Shown here: in pieces, positions 63,180 to 64,000 of the stretch
Numbering within the stretch: the stretch's first letter is position 1
How the letters are laid out: each line of letters begins with the position of its first letter
Origin: Octopus vulgaris
Lineage: Eukaryota
Direction: 5' to 3'
Assembly (NCBI GenBank): GCA_951406725.2
Contig: OX597823.1
Location: 13,516,001 to 13,580,000, forward strand
Length of the DNA: 64,000 nucleotides
The notes under the pieces: model-generated
What the model saw: only the letters and a program-made list of their open reading frames with translations
Database searches by the model: none
What the model was told of the DNA's origin: nothing
Position numbers and translations under genes: made by a program

Positions 63180-63580
63180 AGGGTGGTAAGAAGCTTGCTT
63201 ACCAACCAAATGGTTCCGGGTTCAGTCCCATTGCGTGGCACCTTGGGCGAGTTTCTTCTACTATAGCCTCGGGCCGACCAAAGCCTTGTGAGTGAATTTG
63301 GTAGACGGAATCTGAAAGAAGCCCGTCGTATATATGTATATATATATATATGTGTGTGTGTATGTTTGTGTGTCTGTGTTTGTCTCCGCAACATCGCTTG
63401 ACAGCCGATGCTGGTGTTTATGTGTCTCGTAACTTAGCGGCTTGGCAAAAGACCCCGATAGAATAAGTACTAGGCTTACAAAGAATAAGTTTTGGGGTAT
63501 TTGCTCGACTAAAGGCGGTGCTCCAGCATGGCCACAGTAAAATGACTGAAACAAGTAAAAGACTAAAAGAAAATTAAAAG
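63180..63580 (+). mobile_element. SINE family B, near full length
   Basis: Consensus match. Confidence 0.9.
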
Positions 63581-64000
63581 AATGATCCAGTCCGACTTCA
63601 CTTTCCCTTAACGCAAAAGTATTATCAATTCGTTTGAATTTTAGATCTCCATACTTTAAAAATGATGGCCTTTACGTGCGGTGTTCACTATGCATTATTA
63701 GTTAACGACGTTAGTTGGACTAGAATGGAGACAATAAAAACACGTTACGGGGTTTCAGAACCTACTAAACATAGTAGAAGAATTCGCCATCCACGTACAT
63801 ATTTTTGGCATGGAAAGGGAGGGATGCCGTCACAAAAATATCAAGATCGATATCCATCACATCTTGCTGATACAATATTTCCATCACTGCTTGCAACACA
63901 ACATCATATGCATTTTTAACCACTCTGAGTATGATGTGCGCCAATAAGGGGTTATTAAACTTACCAAAAATCGTAGTTGAATATACCTCAAACGAAATCC

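Overview
AT-rich, microsatellite-dense eukaryotic genomic DNA with no intact protein-coding gene. The tRNA-derived SINE families match those I recognise from octopus (cephalopod) genomes; that taxonomic call is recognition-based, not verified. The window holds dozens of SINEs from at least 5 families, decayed LINEs (three RTE-type, one Tx1/L1-like, one probable Dong/R4 tail), a Penelope-type GIY-YIG fragment, Tc1/mariner relics and MITEs, and Helitron pieces. Three less obvious layers stand out. (1) A set of short (TA)n-embedded elements carry minimal hammerhead-ribozyme-like motifs (canonical and variant cores) and often occur as head-to-head fold-backs, in one case with the inversion point 4 nt from the predicted cleavage site; these look like non-autonomous Penelope-like elements. 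(2) One SINE family forms 2-5-unit concatemers, at least two of them bounded by a single TSD, nearly always joined at the same self-complementary junction GAAATA-GG-TATTTC. (3) A long, decayed multi-exon gene lies on the minus strand (about 13.5-41 kb, possibly to 50 kb) with canonical, largely phase-compatible splice sites, premature stops and TE insertions inside exons. Almost all ORFs in the supplied track are microsatellite or SINE artefacts. All calls were made by eye; no searches were run.
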